In this document: positions 53,499 to 62,100 of the stretch, in pieces | How positions within the stretch are numbered: the first letter of the stretch is position 1 | How the letters are laid out: each line of letters starts with the position of its first letter | Source: Candidatus Rifleibacteriota bacterium | GTDB lineage: Bacteria; Muiribacteriota; Ozemobacteria; Ozemobacterales; Ozemobacteraceae | NCBI GenBank assembly: GCA_012517355.1 | Contig: JAAYVD010000050.1 | Span: 23,350-87,349, forward strand | DNA: 64,000 bases | Direction: 5' to 3' | Notes under the pieces: model-generated | Told to the model about the DNA's origin: nothing | Seen by the model: the letters and a program-made list of their open reading frames with translations, nothing else | The model's database searches: none | Program-made: the position numbers and the translations under genes

Positions 53499-56400
53499 TC
53501 ATTCCGCCGGGGCGGCCGGGGCCGCCTCGTCCGGGGCCGCGGCGGGCGGGGCGCCGGCGGGCTTCCAGCGATAGACGGCGGACAGCACCATCGTGACGAA
53601 GACCACCAGGAACCCCATCTTGAAGAAGTGGTCGGCCTGGTACAGCTTCATCATCAGGGTGAAAGCCAGGCCACACGACAGGACCGCCAGCACGGCGAAC
53701 CAGAAGAACCGCCGCGGCCCCGTTCCCAGGAAGACCAGCGCGGCCCCGGCCAGGCACCCCGCCAGCAGCATCACCAGCTGGAACACCCGACCCGGCCCCG
53801 CCTTGGGGCTGACCAGCACGCCGGCCACATGGGGAGGGACCCCGCGCGGGTCGATCTGCTGCATCGAGAAACTGGTCGGCCACCCGGTGGTGGGAATGCG
53901 GAACTCGACCGGCAGCAGGCCCACGATGGCGTTGCCGGCGCCCTCGCCGCCCAGGGTTGCTTGCGACCGGGTGGTCAGCAGCGACCCCAGGTCGAGCCCG
54001 GGGAACCGTTTCTGCCCCTCGAGCAGGGGCTGCGCCGGGCGGTCCATCAACCGGTCGACGTTGCCCTGGCCGCGCATCAGCTCGTAGCCCTCGGGGAGGT
54101 AGACCACCCAGTTCATCTCGCTGACGTCGAGGTGGACGCGGGGCAGCTCGAACCGCACCGGCAGGAAGGAACTGAGCCGGGTGGGCAGGCGCTGGGCGTA
54201 GATGACCTCGACGGGAAACGGCTGGGATTGCCCGTCGACCATGGGCGACCGGATGATCGGCACGTTGAACACCTGCTGCTCCGGGTCGTAGCCGGCCTTC
54301 ACGGCCTGGTCGGCGACCTCGCTGCTCCACAGCGTGGCCGACTCGGTGCCGAGCCGGGGCAGCTGGATCTTCAGGAACTGTTCGGAGTTGTTGCGCACCT
54401 CGAAGGCCATCCGGGTCAGCAGGTAGCCTTCCTCGTTGACCAGGGTCACCGCTTCAGCCTTGTCGACGACCGCGGTCGACTGCTCGATGTCCTTGGGCCG
54501 CGTCACGGCCAGCCGCAGCCGGTTCGGGTGCCGCAGGAACTTGAAGGCGAAGGGCAGCTTGTCGGGCGGCTGCCCCTGGTACTCCCGCAGGAACTCGCCG
54601 ACGTCGATGGGGCTGTAGCCCTGCGGAGCCTCGGGCACCGCCAGTTCGAGGGCCGGCAGACAGCCCACCGCCAGCAGGCCCTGGCTGCGGTCGACCATGA
54701 CGGGAACCAGCTCCGGAACCTGGTACAGCTCTTCCTTCCGTTGCTGGATGTCCTCCTCGAAATCGACCGTGAACGCGATCTGCCCCTTCACCTCGGAGGC
54801 GAAGGCGATGTTCAGCCGGCGCCAGTTCTCGTCGGGCCGCTCTTCGACCTTCCAGTCCTCGACCGGCCGGTCCTTCACCTCGAGGATGCGCACCTGGGGC
54901 GGGACCCGCAGGGTGAAGCTGGTGATGCCCTCGGAACCGCTGATCTGCAGGGCATAGCGGTTGTGGCCCCGGACGAACCCCTCCTCGCAGACGAGCAGGT
55001 TGCGTTCGGTCACCACCACCCGGGTCTCCTCCCGCAGGACGACGGGGGCGGCCGGCGCCGCCGCCGAGGCGGACTCGGGGGACGGAGCGGGGGTCTCTTC
55101 CTGGACCGTCTCCTTCGGGGCCGGCAGCCGCCGCACCAGCTCGAGGCGCACGCGCGGGGTCGGCGGCAGCAGCGCCCGGAACGTGGAGCCTTCCCTGCCC
55201 GAGGCGGTCTGCCACAGGACCCCGGGATCGACCCAGGCGTCGCACTCGGCCTCGGGAACGGTGACCTCGAGCGTCGAGCGGCAGAAGGGGATGGTCGGCA
55301 ACTCGATGCGGCGGGTGTTGAACTCGGTGGCCGCCAGGGGAAGGAAGAACTCGACCTCCAGCCGCCGGCTGCCCGTGCCGTCGATCACCAGCCCGTAGAA
55401 GCTCTCCCCGCCCCCCCCCGGCACCAGGTCGAGCGGAGTCGGGTTGCCGTCGAGGCGGGCTTGCGAGGGAACGACCGCCGAGGTCAGCAGCGGCACCTGT
55501 TTCCACCCCTCCCGCCACAGGTCGAGGTCGAAGCGGGCGCGGAACCGCACGCCGCGGTCGCCCACCGTGCCGACGTAGGAGGCCTCGCGGACCGACCAGG
55601 GGACGGGAGGCGGCGCCGGCGGGGCGGGAGGCCGTTCGCCGGTCTCGGCGAGGGCCCGGTATTCCTCTTCGGAGATCAGGACCATCTTGTCTTCCGGACC
55701 CACCACCTTCGACAGGTCGGTGAAGGGCACCAGCACCCGGATCTCCTCCTGCCGCGGAGCGGTCACCGGGACCGGGGTCGGAGCCGGAACCGGCTCCCCG
55801 GCGGCGGCCAGGGCCCCGGCCAGCACGAAGCCGAGAACCACCGCCACGGTCAGGCCGGGCGACCGGGACTCCGAACGGGCCGGTTCCCCGGCCGGGGGCG
55901 CCCCGCCGGCCGGGGTGTCGGGCAGCGGCTGCGTGGTGACGGGGTCGTCGAAGTTGATGCCGGACACGCCGGGCCCGCGGCCCCGGATCACCCGCCGGGG
56001 CGGACCGCCGGAACCCCCAGGACCGCCGGGGCCGTCGGAGCCGCCCGGGCCACGGGGCGCCGGACCGCCCTCATCGCCGGAACCGCCCAGCGACAGGTTC
56101 TGCAGGGAAATGGCCCAGCCGATCTTCCAGAGCACCCCGCCGGCCAGGGCCAGCCAGAGGCCGAGGTTGGCCGCGTCGCCGATGGCGGGGAGCAGCTGGT
56201 CCCAGGCGGAGAGGATGAGGATGATCACCGCACCGACGAACAGCTTGGGAAGATACTGGTGGTAGGTGCCCCCGATGAAATAGAACCCGGCCAGCAGCCC
56301 GAGGATGAAGGAGGCGATCTTCAGGCCCTGCAGGATCTCGCGGCGCATGAACCGGACCGTGACCTGCGGGCAGGTGGAATTGGCCAGCAGGCTGCCGTCG

Positions 56401-59138
56401 CTGGCGATGTCGGCCAGGACGAGGTCCCGCGAGACCGTCCAGAAGTTGGGGGTCAGCACGAACTTCGCCTCGAGCGGGAGGGTGCCCCGGGTGCGGCCGC
56501 CGGCCGTGAACCCGGTGGCCGAAGGCCCCCCGGGGGCGGCGCCCGCCGCCTTGTCGGCGCGCCCGGTTTCCCGCGCGGATTCCTCCTGGGAGGACCGCGG
56601 CATGCCGGCCAGGACGCGGATCTCGTCGAGGGTATGGTCGACGCCCCCGCAGTTCCGGCAGTAGACGAACCCCGACTCGGTGAGGTCGCCGCAGGACTCG
56701 TAGCCACACTCCGGCATGGGGGAGGTGATATCGCTCTTGAGATACTGGCCCCGACGCAGGGCGGGGATGTCGAGGGTGGTCATGCCGGGGGAGTGGTCCA
56801 TGTTGAACATCTCGACCGCCCCCTGCAGCACGCGCTGGTTGGCGTAGCAGGCCTTGCCCCGGGCCTGTTCGCGCGCCTTGCGGAAGTTCGGGACGGCCAT
56901 CGCCCCGAGGATGCCCAGGACCATCACCACAATCATCAGCTCGGCCAGCCGGAAACCCTTCCCCGTGAAGACGAAGGTGACCATCGCCACGACCGTGTTC
57001 CAGGCCCCGGTGAGCAGCCACCAGAGCCACTCGCGCGAGACGATCAGCAAAGCCACGATCAGGACGAACAGGGCGAGGGTGAAGGCGTGCGGGTCGAGCA
57101 GGACGGCCGTCGCCAGGTCATACAGGGTCAGGAAGCCGCGAAACAGGAAGGGGTCGCGCAGCGCGTCCGGCGGATTGATCGTTCCGGTGAATTTGTACAA
57201 GACATGGTTGACCGGCGCGAAGAAGGTCCAGGTGAAGTGCGAGACCGGAACGTCGACGAGAGGGGCCTCGAAGGGGTGATGGCCCATCCAGGACATGGTG
57301 GCGACCGCGTTCTTGACCAGGATCTTCAGTTCCATGTCCTCGGGCCGGCCCAGGTTGCGGCTCATGCGCAGGGGCACCTGGACCCGGCCGTCCCCACGGC
57401 CGGCCACCAGCTTGATCGGCTGGTTGTCGCGCAGGGCGCTGAGGACCTCGGTGCCCGAGGCCAGTTGCAGCGACAGGTACTGCTTGTTGTTGTTGCGAAG
57501 GCGCAGCGTGACCTGCGTCTGGCTGTTGCCGTTGGTGGTGAACGAGGTCTTCACGTCCATCTGGTCGGCCACCACGGTCTGCAGCGGCAGGTCCTGGTAC
57601 CGCTTGACCTGGATCTCGGGCGCGGCCGGCCGCGCCGACAGGCGGTAGGCCAGCAGGATGGGCCGGAAGGCCCGCTGTTTCAGCGTCGCCGGCAGCTCGA
57701 CGGCATCGATGCGGAAGAGGTTGGGCGGCGGGGTCTTCTCCATGGCCGCAGTGGGTTGCACCTCGACGCTGGTCAGCGCCTGCAAAGCCAACGAGCCCTG
57801 TTCGCGCTCGACGCCGATCGGGTGCACGTCGGGAATGCGGTAGGTGCCGAGCGTCTCGTCCATCTTGGCCTCGAAGGTGACCGAAAGGGGGAAGGCATCC
57901 TCGCGGGCGGCCAGGAAATCGACGACGAGCCGCTTGTGTTCCCCATCCCGGATCACCTGGTGGCTCTGCGGCCGGTCGGAGGTCACGCCCAGAACCTCGA
58001 CCGTGGCGGGCAGCAGGATCGTGAAGCTCGCCACGGGCGCCTTGGTGACCGAGTATTCGATGTCGATCCGGCCCTGCAGGGCGGCCTCGCCGAGGGTGAT
58101 CAGGGTTTCCGTGCGCGCGTAGACGAGGGGCTTGGGCGGTGCCTTGACGGGTTTGGGCGCGACCACCGGGGCCGGCCCGCTGGCCACCTGGTCGGAGCCG
58201 GAGGCGGGGGCGGCGACGGGTTCGGAAACCGGCGCCGGCGGCTCCTCATCCAGCCGACGGGCCTTGCGGCGCCAGGTCAGCCGCAGCGACGGCTCGGCCC
58301 CCAGCCACCCGACAAACGAGCATCCGCGGGCCCCGGCGGGATCGGCGCGGTCCTGGGCCTCGACGCTCCAGTCCCGGAAGGAGGTCTCCTCGACCGCCAG
58401 CACCTGGTCGGTCACCCGGATCTTGACGAAGGTCAGGGGAACCGGGGCCAGGCCGAAATCGAGACCGTACCGTTCCTCGTGCTTCTCCACCGGCACCTGG
58501 AAGATGAGCCGGCAGATGTGCGACCCGCGGCCCCGGAACGGCAGCCGGAACCGGGCCTCGCGCCACAGGTCCTGGCCCAGGATCTCGGCGCCCAGGGCGG
58601 ATCCCGGAAACACGCGGCCGGCCGCCGACCGGGGGGCCCGGCCGAATTCCAGGCGACGCGCCTCGCCGGGCGTCCAGTCGGGCAGCAGCGCCACGGGCTG
58701 GTCGCCCAGGATGGCGCTCTCGATGGCGATCGGCCCGCGCAACACCTCGACCGTCTGCCAGTCGTCGGAGAAGCTTTCGAGGCGGATCTCGGCCTCGAAC
58801 CGGACGAAGCTCCCCTCCAGCACCCCTTCCAGGCTGGCCGAAACCAGGCGGTGGGTCATCGGCGGGGGGGCCGGAACGAACGCGGTGGCCGAGGCCTGCA
58901 CCGCCTCCTTGGCCCGCCGCAGCCGCTCGATCTCGTCGAAGGGCACCATCAGGTAGCGGCCGCCCTTCTCCTGCAACGCGTCCGACAGGTCGGAGAACGG
59001 CACGAGGGTCTTGACGACCTTGATGCCGACCGGATCGGCGGCCACGGCCGGGCGCGGCTCCGTCAGGAGGACGAACAGGAGCAGACAGGCCGCCACCACC
59101 GGGAAGATCGGGGGAACCAGGGATCGGATGCGTCGCAT
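53499..59138 (-). CDS. Giant membrane-anchored protein, 1879 aa: signal peptide, two homologous modules of roughly 800 aa separated by a hydrophobic segment containing a canonical prepilin-type motif (MVTFVFTGKG|FRLAELMIVVMVLGILGAMAVP) plus a pseudopilin-like Cys-rich head, and C-terminal TM helices.
   Basis: Signal MRRIRSLVPPIFPVVAACLLLFVLL. Module 1 opens IKVVKTLVPFSDLSDALQEKGGRYLMVPFDEIERLRRAKEA; module 2 opens IRVLVPFTDLSKVVGPEDKMVLISEEEYRALAETGE. The internal motif has G|F with Glu at +5, followed by KACYANQRVLQGAVEMFNMDH...CGYESCGDL...YCRNCGG. C-terminal TM helices (FQLVMLLAGCLAGAALVFLG, FFWFAVLAVLSCGLAFTLMM, FLVVFVTMVLSAVY). Confidence 0.65.
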   Translation of the reverse strand: MRRIRSLVPPIFPVVAACLLLFVLLTEPRPAVAADPVGIKVVKTLVPFSDLSDALQEKGGRYLMVPFDEIERLRRAKEAVQASATAFVPAPPPMTHRLVSASLEGVLEGSFVRFEAEIRLESFSDDWQTVEVLRGPIAIESAILGDQPVALLPDWTPGEARRLEFGRAPRSAAGRVFPGSALGAEILGQDLWREARFRLPFRGRGSHICRLIFQVPVEKHEERYGLDFGLAPVPLTFVKIRVTDQVLAVEETSFRDWSVEAQDRADPAGARGCSFVGWLGAEPSLRLTWRRKARRLDEEPPAPVSEPVAAPASGSDQVASGPAPVVAPKPVKAPPKPLVYARTETLITLGEAALQGRIDIEYSVTKAPVASFTILLPATVEVLGVTSDRPQSHQVIRDGEHKRLVVDFLAAREDAFPLSVTFEAKMDETLGTYRIPDVHPIGVEREQGSLALQALTSVEVQPTAAMEKTPPPNLFRIDAVELPATLKQRAFRPILLAYRLSARPAAPEIQVKRYQDLPLQTVVADQMDVKTSFTTNGNSQTQVTLRLRNNNKQYLSLQLASGTEVLSALRDNQPIKLVAGRGDGRVQVPLRMSRNLGRPEDMELKILVKNAVATMSWMGHHPFEAPLVDVPVSHFTWTFFAPVNHVLYKFTGTINPPDALRDPFLFRGFLTLYDLATAVLLDPHAFTLALFVLIVALLIVSREWLWWLLTGAWNTVVAMVTFVFTGKGFRLAELMIVVMVLGILGAMAVPNFRKAREQARGKACYANQRVLQGAVEMFNMDHSPGMTTLDIPALRRGQYLKSDITSPMPECGYESCGDLTESGFVYCRNCGGVDHTLDEIRVLAGMPRSSQEESARETGRADKAAGAAPGGPSATGFTAGGRTRGTLPLEAKFVLTPNFWTVSRDLVLADIASDGSLLANSTCPQVTVRFMRREILQGLKIASFILGLLAGFYFIGGTYHQYLPKLFVGAVIILILSAWDQLLPAIGDAANLGLWLALAGGVLWKIGWAISLQNLSLGGSGDEGGPAPRGPGGSDGPGGPGGSGGPPRRVIRGRGPGVSGINFDDPVTTQPLPDTPAGGAPPAGEPARSESRSPGLTVAVVLGFVLAGALAAAGEPVPAPTPVPVTAPRQEEIRVLVPFTDLSKVVGPEDKMVLISEEEYRALAETGERPPAPPAPPPVPWSVREASYVGTVGDRGVRFRARFDLDLWREGWKQVPLLTSAVVPSQARLDGNPTPLDLVPGGGGESFYGLVIDGTGSRRLEVEFFLPLAATEFNTRRIELPTIPFCRSTLEVTVPEAECDAWVDPGVLWQTASGREGSTFRALLPPTPRVRLELVRRLPAPKETVQEETPAPSPESASAAAPAAPVVLREETRVVVTERNLLVCEEGFVRGHNRYALQISGSEGITSFTLRVPPQVRILEVKDRPVEDWKVEERPDENWRRLNIAFASEVKGQIAFTVDFEEDIQQRKEELYQVPELVPVMVDRSQGLLAVGCLPALELAVPEAPQGYSPIDVGEFLREYQGQPPDKLPFAFKFLRHPNRLRLAVTRPKDIEQSTAVVDKAEAVTLVNEEGYLLTRMAFEVRNNSEQFLKIQLPRLGTESATLWSSEVADQAVKAGYDPEQQVFNVPIIRSPMVDGQSQPFPVEVIYAQRLPTRLSSFLPVRFELPRVHLDVSEMNWVVYLPEGYELMRGQGNVDRLMDRPAQPLLEGQKRFPGLDLGSLLTTRSQATLGGEGAGNAIVGLLPVEFRIPTTGWPTSFSMQQIDPRGVPPHVAGVLVSPKAGPGRVFQLVMLLAGCLAGAALVFLGTGPRRFFWFAVLAVLSCGLAFTLMMKLYQADHFFKMGFLVVFVTMVLSAVYRWKPAGAPPAAAPDEAAPAAPAE

Positions 59139-59152
59139 GTCGTCTCTCCTCC

Positions 59153-60166
59153 TCAGGATTTCGCCGCCGGCGCGGTCGCCAGCTCGCCCATCTTGTTGAT
59201 CTGGTCGCGGTTGCCCATGACGACCAGGATGTCACCGCCCGCGAAGACGTAGGCGGGCTCGGGGTTGATCACGGTCTTGCCCTGCCGCTTGACCGACACG
59301 ATGATGGCCCCGGACCGCCGCCGCAGGTCGGCGTCCTTCAGGGCCTGGGTGTCGAGAAACGACCCGGGCTGGATGCGGAACTCGTCCATCTGCAGGTCCT
59401 GGTCGTCGCCAGACAGGGTGGCATCGAGGAAATCCACGACCGAGGGGCGCATCAGCACCGAAGCCATGCGGTTGGCGGCGGTGATGTTGGGCGACACCAC
59501 GTAATTCGCCCCCGCCCGTTTGAGCTTCGGCACCGACTCGATCTTGGTGGCCGTCGCCGCCACGAACACGTTCGGGTTGATGCCCTTGGCGGTCAGGGCG
59601 ACGAACACGTTGTCGGCATCGTGGGGCAGGGCGGCGACCAGTCCAGAGGCCATTTCCAGCCCGGCGTCGATCAACACCTCGTCGGCCGTGGCGTCGCCTT
59701 CGATGGCGATGAACCGCTGATCGAGCAGTTCCTGCACGACCTTCGGGTCGGTGTCGACCAGCACGACCGGCGTGTTCTGCCGATGGAGCCGTTCCGCCAC
59801 CACCCAGCCGGTGGAGCCTGCCCCACAGATGATGTAGTGGTGCCGCAAGGCCTTGATCCGATCCCTCATGCGCCGCCTCCCGAGATAGTCACGCAAGCCG
59901 CCCTCGACCACGAACTGGGCCAGGGTGGTCACCATGTAGGCCATCAGGCCCGCGCCCACCAGGATCAACCCGACGGTGAACAGCCGGCCTTGGTCCGTCA
60001 GGGGGTGGGTCTCGCCGTACCCCACGGTGGCGAGGGTGATGACCGTCATGAACAGCCCGTCGATCAGGCTCCAGGAGGGTCCCTCGATGAGCCGGTAGCC
60101 GAACGTCCCGATGGCCAGGACGATCAGGAATACCACCGTGGCGGAGAAGATCTTCCTCTTCTGCAT
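59153..60166 (-). CDS. Potassium channel (2-TM pore with TVGYGE selectivity filter) with a cytoplasmic RCK/TrkA-N plus TrkA-C gating domain (MthK/Kch-like), 337 aa.
   Basis: TM1 ATVVFLIVLAIGTFGY. Pore helix and filter LFMTVITLATVGYGETHP. TM2. RCK Rossmann motif HYIICGAGSTGWVVAERL. TrkA-C-like C-terminus. Its stop is 15 nt before the start of the 1879-aa gene. Confidence 0.85.
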   Translation of the reverse strand: MQKRKIFSATVVFLIVLAIGTFGYRLIEGPSWSLIDGLFMTVITLATVGYGETHPLTDQGRLFTVGLILVGAGLMAYMVTTLAQFVVEGGLRDYLGRRRMRDRIKALRHHYIICGAGSTGWVVAERLHRQNTPVVLVDTDPKVVQELLDQRFIAIEGDATADEVLIDAGLEMASGLVAALPHDADNVFVALTAKGINPNVFVAATATKIESVPKLKRAGANYVVSPNITAANRMASVLMRPSVVDFLDATLSGDDQDLQMDEFRIQPGSFLDTQALKDADLRRRSGAIIVSVKRQGKTVINPEPAYVFAGGDILVVMGNRDQINKMGELATAPAAKS

Positions 60167-60274
60167 AGAACGCCCAGAGTGTATCCCAACCCCCCGGTCT
60201 GTGCAACGGCGAACGGCGCGGGGGTCGCGGGAAGGGTCGGAGCGCGCGGACGGTCGGACCGAAGGGGGGCCCGG

Positions 60275-61645
60275 TCAGCGGACCGCCCGCAGGTCGCGCA
60301 TGGGCCCTTCGTTGCTCAACAGGCGCGACAGGACGGGATCGCCCAGGACCTCGGCGATGGGACGGTCGACGCCGTCGACGGTCACCGTGCGCGACACCAG
60401 GCGGATGCCGTGGCTGTAGTCGGCGTAGGTGTTCTCGTGGCTGAAGCCGTAGCCCTGGATGGGCTTGCCCTGGTTCCGCTTGTCGTGCCAGCCGTAGATG
60501 ACCACGTTCTTCCGGTGCGAGTCCAGGAAGTTGCTGATCAGCACGTCCTTCTTGTGGCCGGCCAGCAGGTCGCCCAGCCGGTGCCCGGTGCGGGTGCGCT
60601 GGCTCTCGACCAGCCGCTGGTGCTCGCGGTAGAACTCGTTCTTCGTCATGCGGGCCTGCCAGTTGGCATAGGCGCCCGACGACATCGGTTGCGGCAGGAG
60701 CTGCACCGCCGCCTGCCGGTAGATCTCGTCGACCATCTTCGCCGTGGGCAGGAGGCAGCCGAACCGGTCGGCCAGCACCTGGCCGGCGATCGGACTCATC
60801 GGGATGCGGACGAAATCCTCGTCGGTGCCGATGCACAGGTAGTCGGGCAGACAGCGGAAGACCGCCGTGTGCTCCTTCCCGTCGCGCAGGCGCATGGTCA
60901 CCCGGACCTCGCACAGCCGGCGCAGGAAGGGCGGCACGTTCCCCGCCAGAATCGCCTTCCGGATCTCCTCCTCGCGCGCGGCGGGGCCGAGCGGCTCGGT
61001 GCGGGCCAGGAACTGGCTGCCGGTCTCGGCTCCGGCCGGGCGGGCGGGGAAACCGGTGAAGGCCCCGCCGGCGGCGGCCTGGCCGGGCGGGCGGGAACCG
61101 TCGTCGGAACCGGTCGGGGGATGGCCTGGCCCGGGTTCCGTGTCCGGCCCGGATTCCGTGTCCGGTCCGGCCGGGGAATGGGCGGTGCCGGCGGGGGAAG
61201 TCGCGGCCGGCGGCCGCGGGCCGACCGGCGGCGGATTCCGGGCGGGCCCCTCCCCGGGCTGTCCGGAAGGTGGCGATGCCACCGGTGCGGGCTCCCCAGG
61301 AGGATGGACCACCACGGGCGGCAGGGGATCACCGCGCAGAATGGCCAGCAGCCTGGCCAGGACCCGTTCGAGGAAGGACACCAGCTGCTCGAGGGACAGG
61401 ACCCCGCGGCTGAACTCGAGATAGACGTCGGCCCCGCTCACCGGGTGCCACAGTTCCGAAGACACCGTGGCCACGCCCGGCCCGCCCGGGCCTTCGACCA
61501 CCGGCGAATCGTCGCCGGCGGGCCGGGCCAGGAAGTCGTCGAGATCCTGTGCGAGGGCCGGACCCGCGGGGGCCAGGGCGGCGAGCAGCACCAGGACCAG
61601 CAGTCCGGCCACCAGGGAAGAGATACGGAAGGGGATGATTCGCAT
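60275..61645 (-). CDS. Hypothetical secreted protein with a Pro-rich linker and a conserved-looking C-terminal globular domain, 456 aa.
   Basis: Signal peptide MRIIPFRISSLVAGLLVLVLLAALAPAGPALAQD. Pro/Gly-rich low-complexity middle. C-terminal about 250 aa (FLRRLCEVRVTMRLRDGKEHTAVFRCLPDYLCIGTDEDFVRIPMSPIAGQ...IYGWHDKRNQGKPIQGYGFSHENTYADYSHGIRLV) has no recognisable family. Start chosen at the Met with a signal peptide. Confidence 0.45.
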   Translation of the reverse strand: MRIIPFRISSLVAGLLVLVLLAALAPAGPALAQDLDDFLARPAGDDSPVVEGPGGPGVATVSSELWHPVSGADVYLEFSRGVLSLEQLVSFLERVLARLLAILRGDPLPPVVVHPPGEPAPVASPPSGQPGEGPARNPPPVGPRPPAATSPAGTAHSPAGPDTESGPDTEPGPGHPPTGSDDGSRPPGQAAAGGAFTGFPARPAGAETGSQFLARTEPLGPAAREEEIRKAILAGNVPPFLRRLCEVRVTMRLRDGKEHTAVFRCLPDYLCIGTDEDFVRIPMSPIAGQVLADRFGCLLPTAKMVDEIYRQAAVQLLPQPMSSGAYANWQARMTKNEFYREHQRLVESQRTRTGHRLGDLLAGHKKDVLISNFLDSHRKNVVIYGWHDKRNQGKPIQGYGFSHENTYADYSHGIRLVSRTVTVDGVDRPIAEVLGDPVLSRLLSNEGPMRDLRAVR

Positions 61646-61944
61646 GGTTCCTCCAGTAGCGGGGTGGCTCCCCGGAAGATGGCCGGCCATGTCGTCGGAA
61701 GCCCGATGCGGCCGGAGTGTGCAGACATCGCCCGCCAGGCCGATCGGCAGGCGGCAAGGCGCCCACGACCCCATGAAACCACGCTGGCATCCTCCTGTCA
61801 ATGTCGCCAGGGCCCGGGCCATGAACTGCCGGTCGCGCCGCCGCGCCGGGGAACACCCTGCCCGCCACTCAGCCATTGTGGGGATCCCGGGATTCCAGTA
61901 GAATGGCCTCCCATGCATCCTCCACTACCCGCCGGTCAGCCTCC

Positions 61945-62100
61945 TGGCGATGGGCGAAACGGGCGTTTCGCGCCGCCCTGCCCGCCACCTACCGCGGTGG
62001 CCACGCGACCAGAGGTCGGCCCCTTGGCGATGCGCGAAACGGGGGTTTCGCGCCGCCATCCGTGGCGGCAAAGGGGTAAGGCCGACCGCGTGTCGGTCGG
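61945..62100 (-). repeat. REP-like dispersed element, copy C: one partial and one complete unit in tandem, inverted relative to copies A and B.
   Basis: CCGACCGACACGCGGTCGGCC...TTTGCCGCCACGGATGGCGGCGCGAAACCCCCGTTTCGCGCATCGCC (reverse complement of 62019-62100) matches copy A. A partial second unit GGCGATGGGCGAAACGGGCGTTTCGCGCCGCC sits at 61945-61985. It overlaps the predicted start region of the + strand sensor gene. Confidence 0.7.

Noticed and set aside
53499-59138. Splitting the 1879-aa ORF into two genes at the internal prepilin-like Met.
   Set aside because: There is no stop codon between the modules in the same frame, so the upstream product must read through. Internal initiation remains possible and is reported as a finding, but a separate gene cannot be called.
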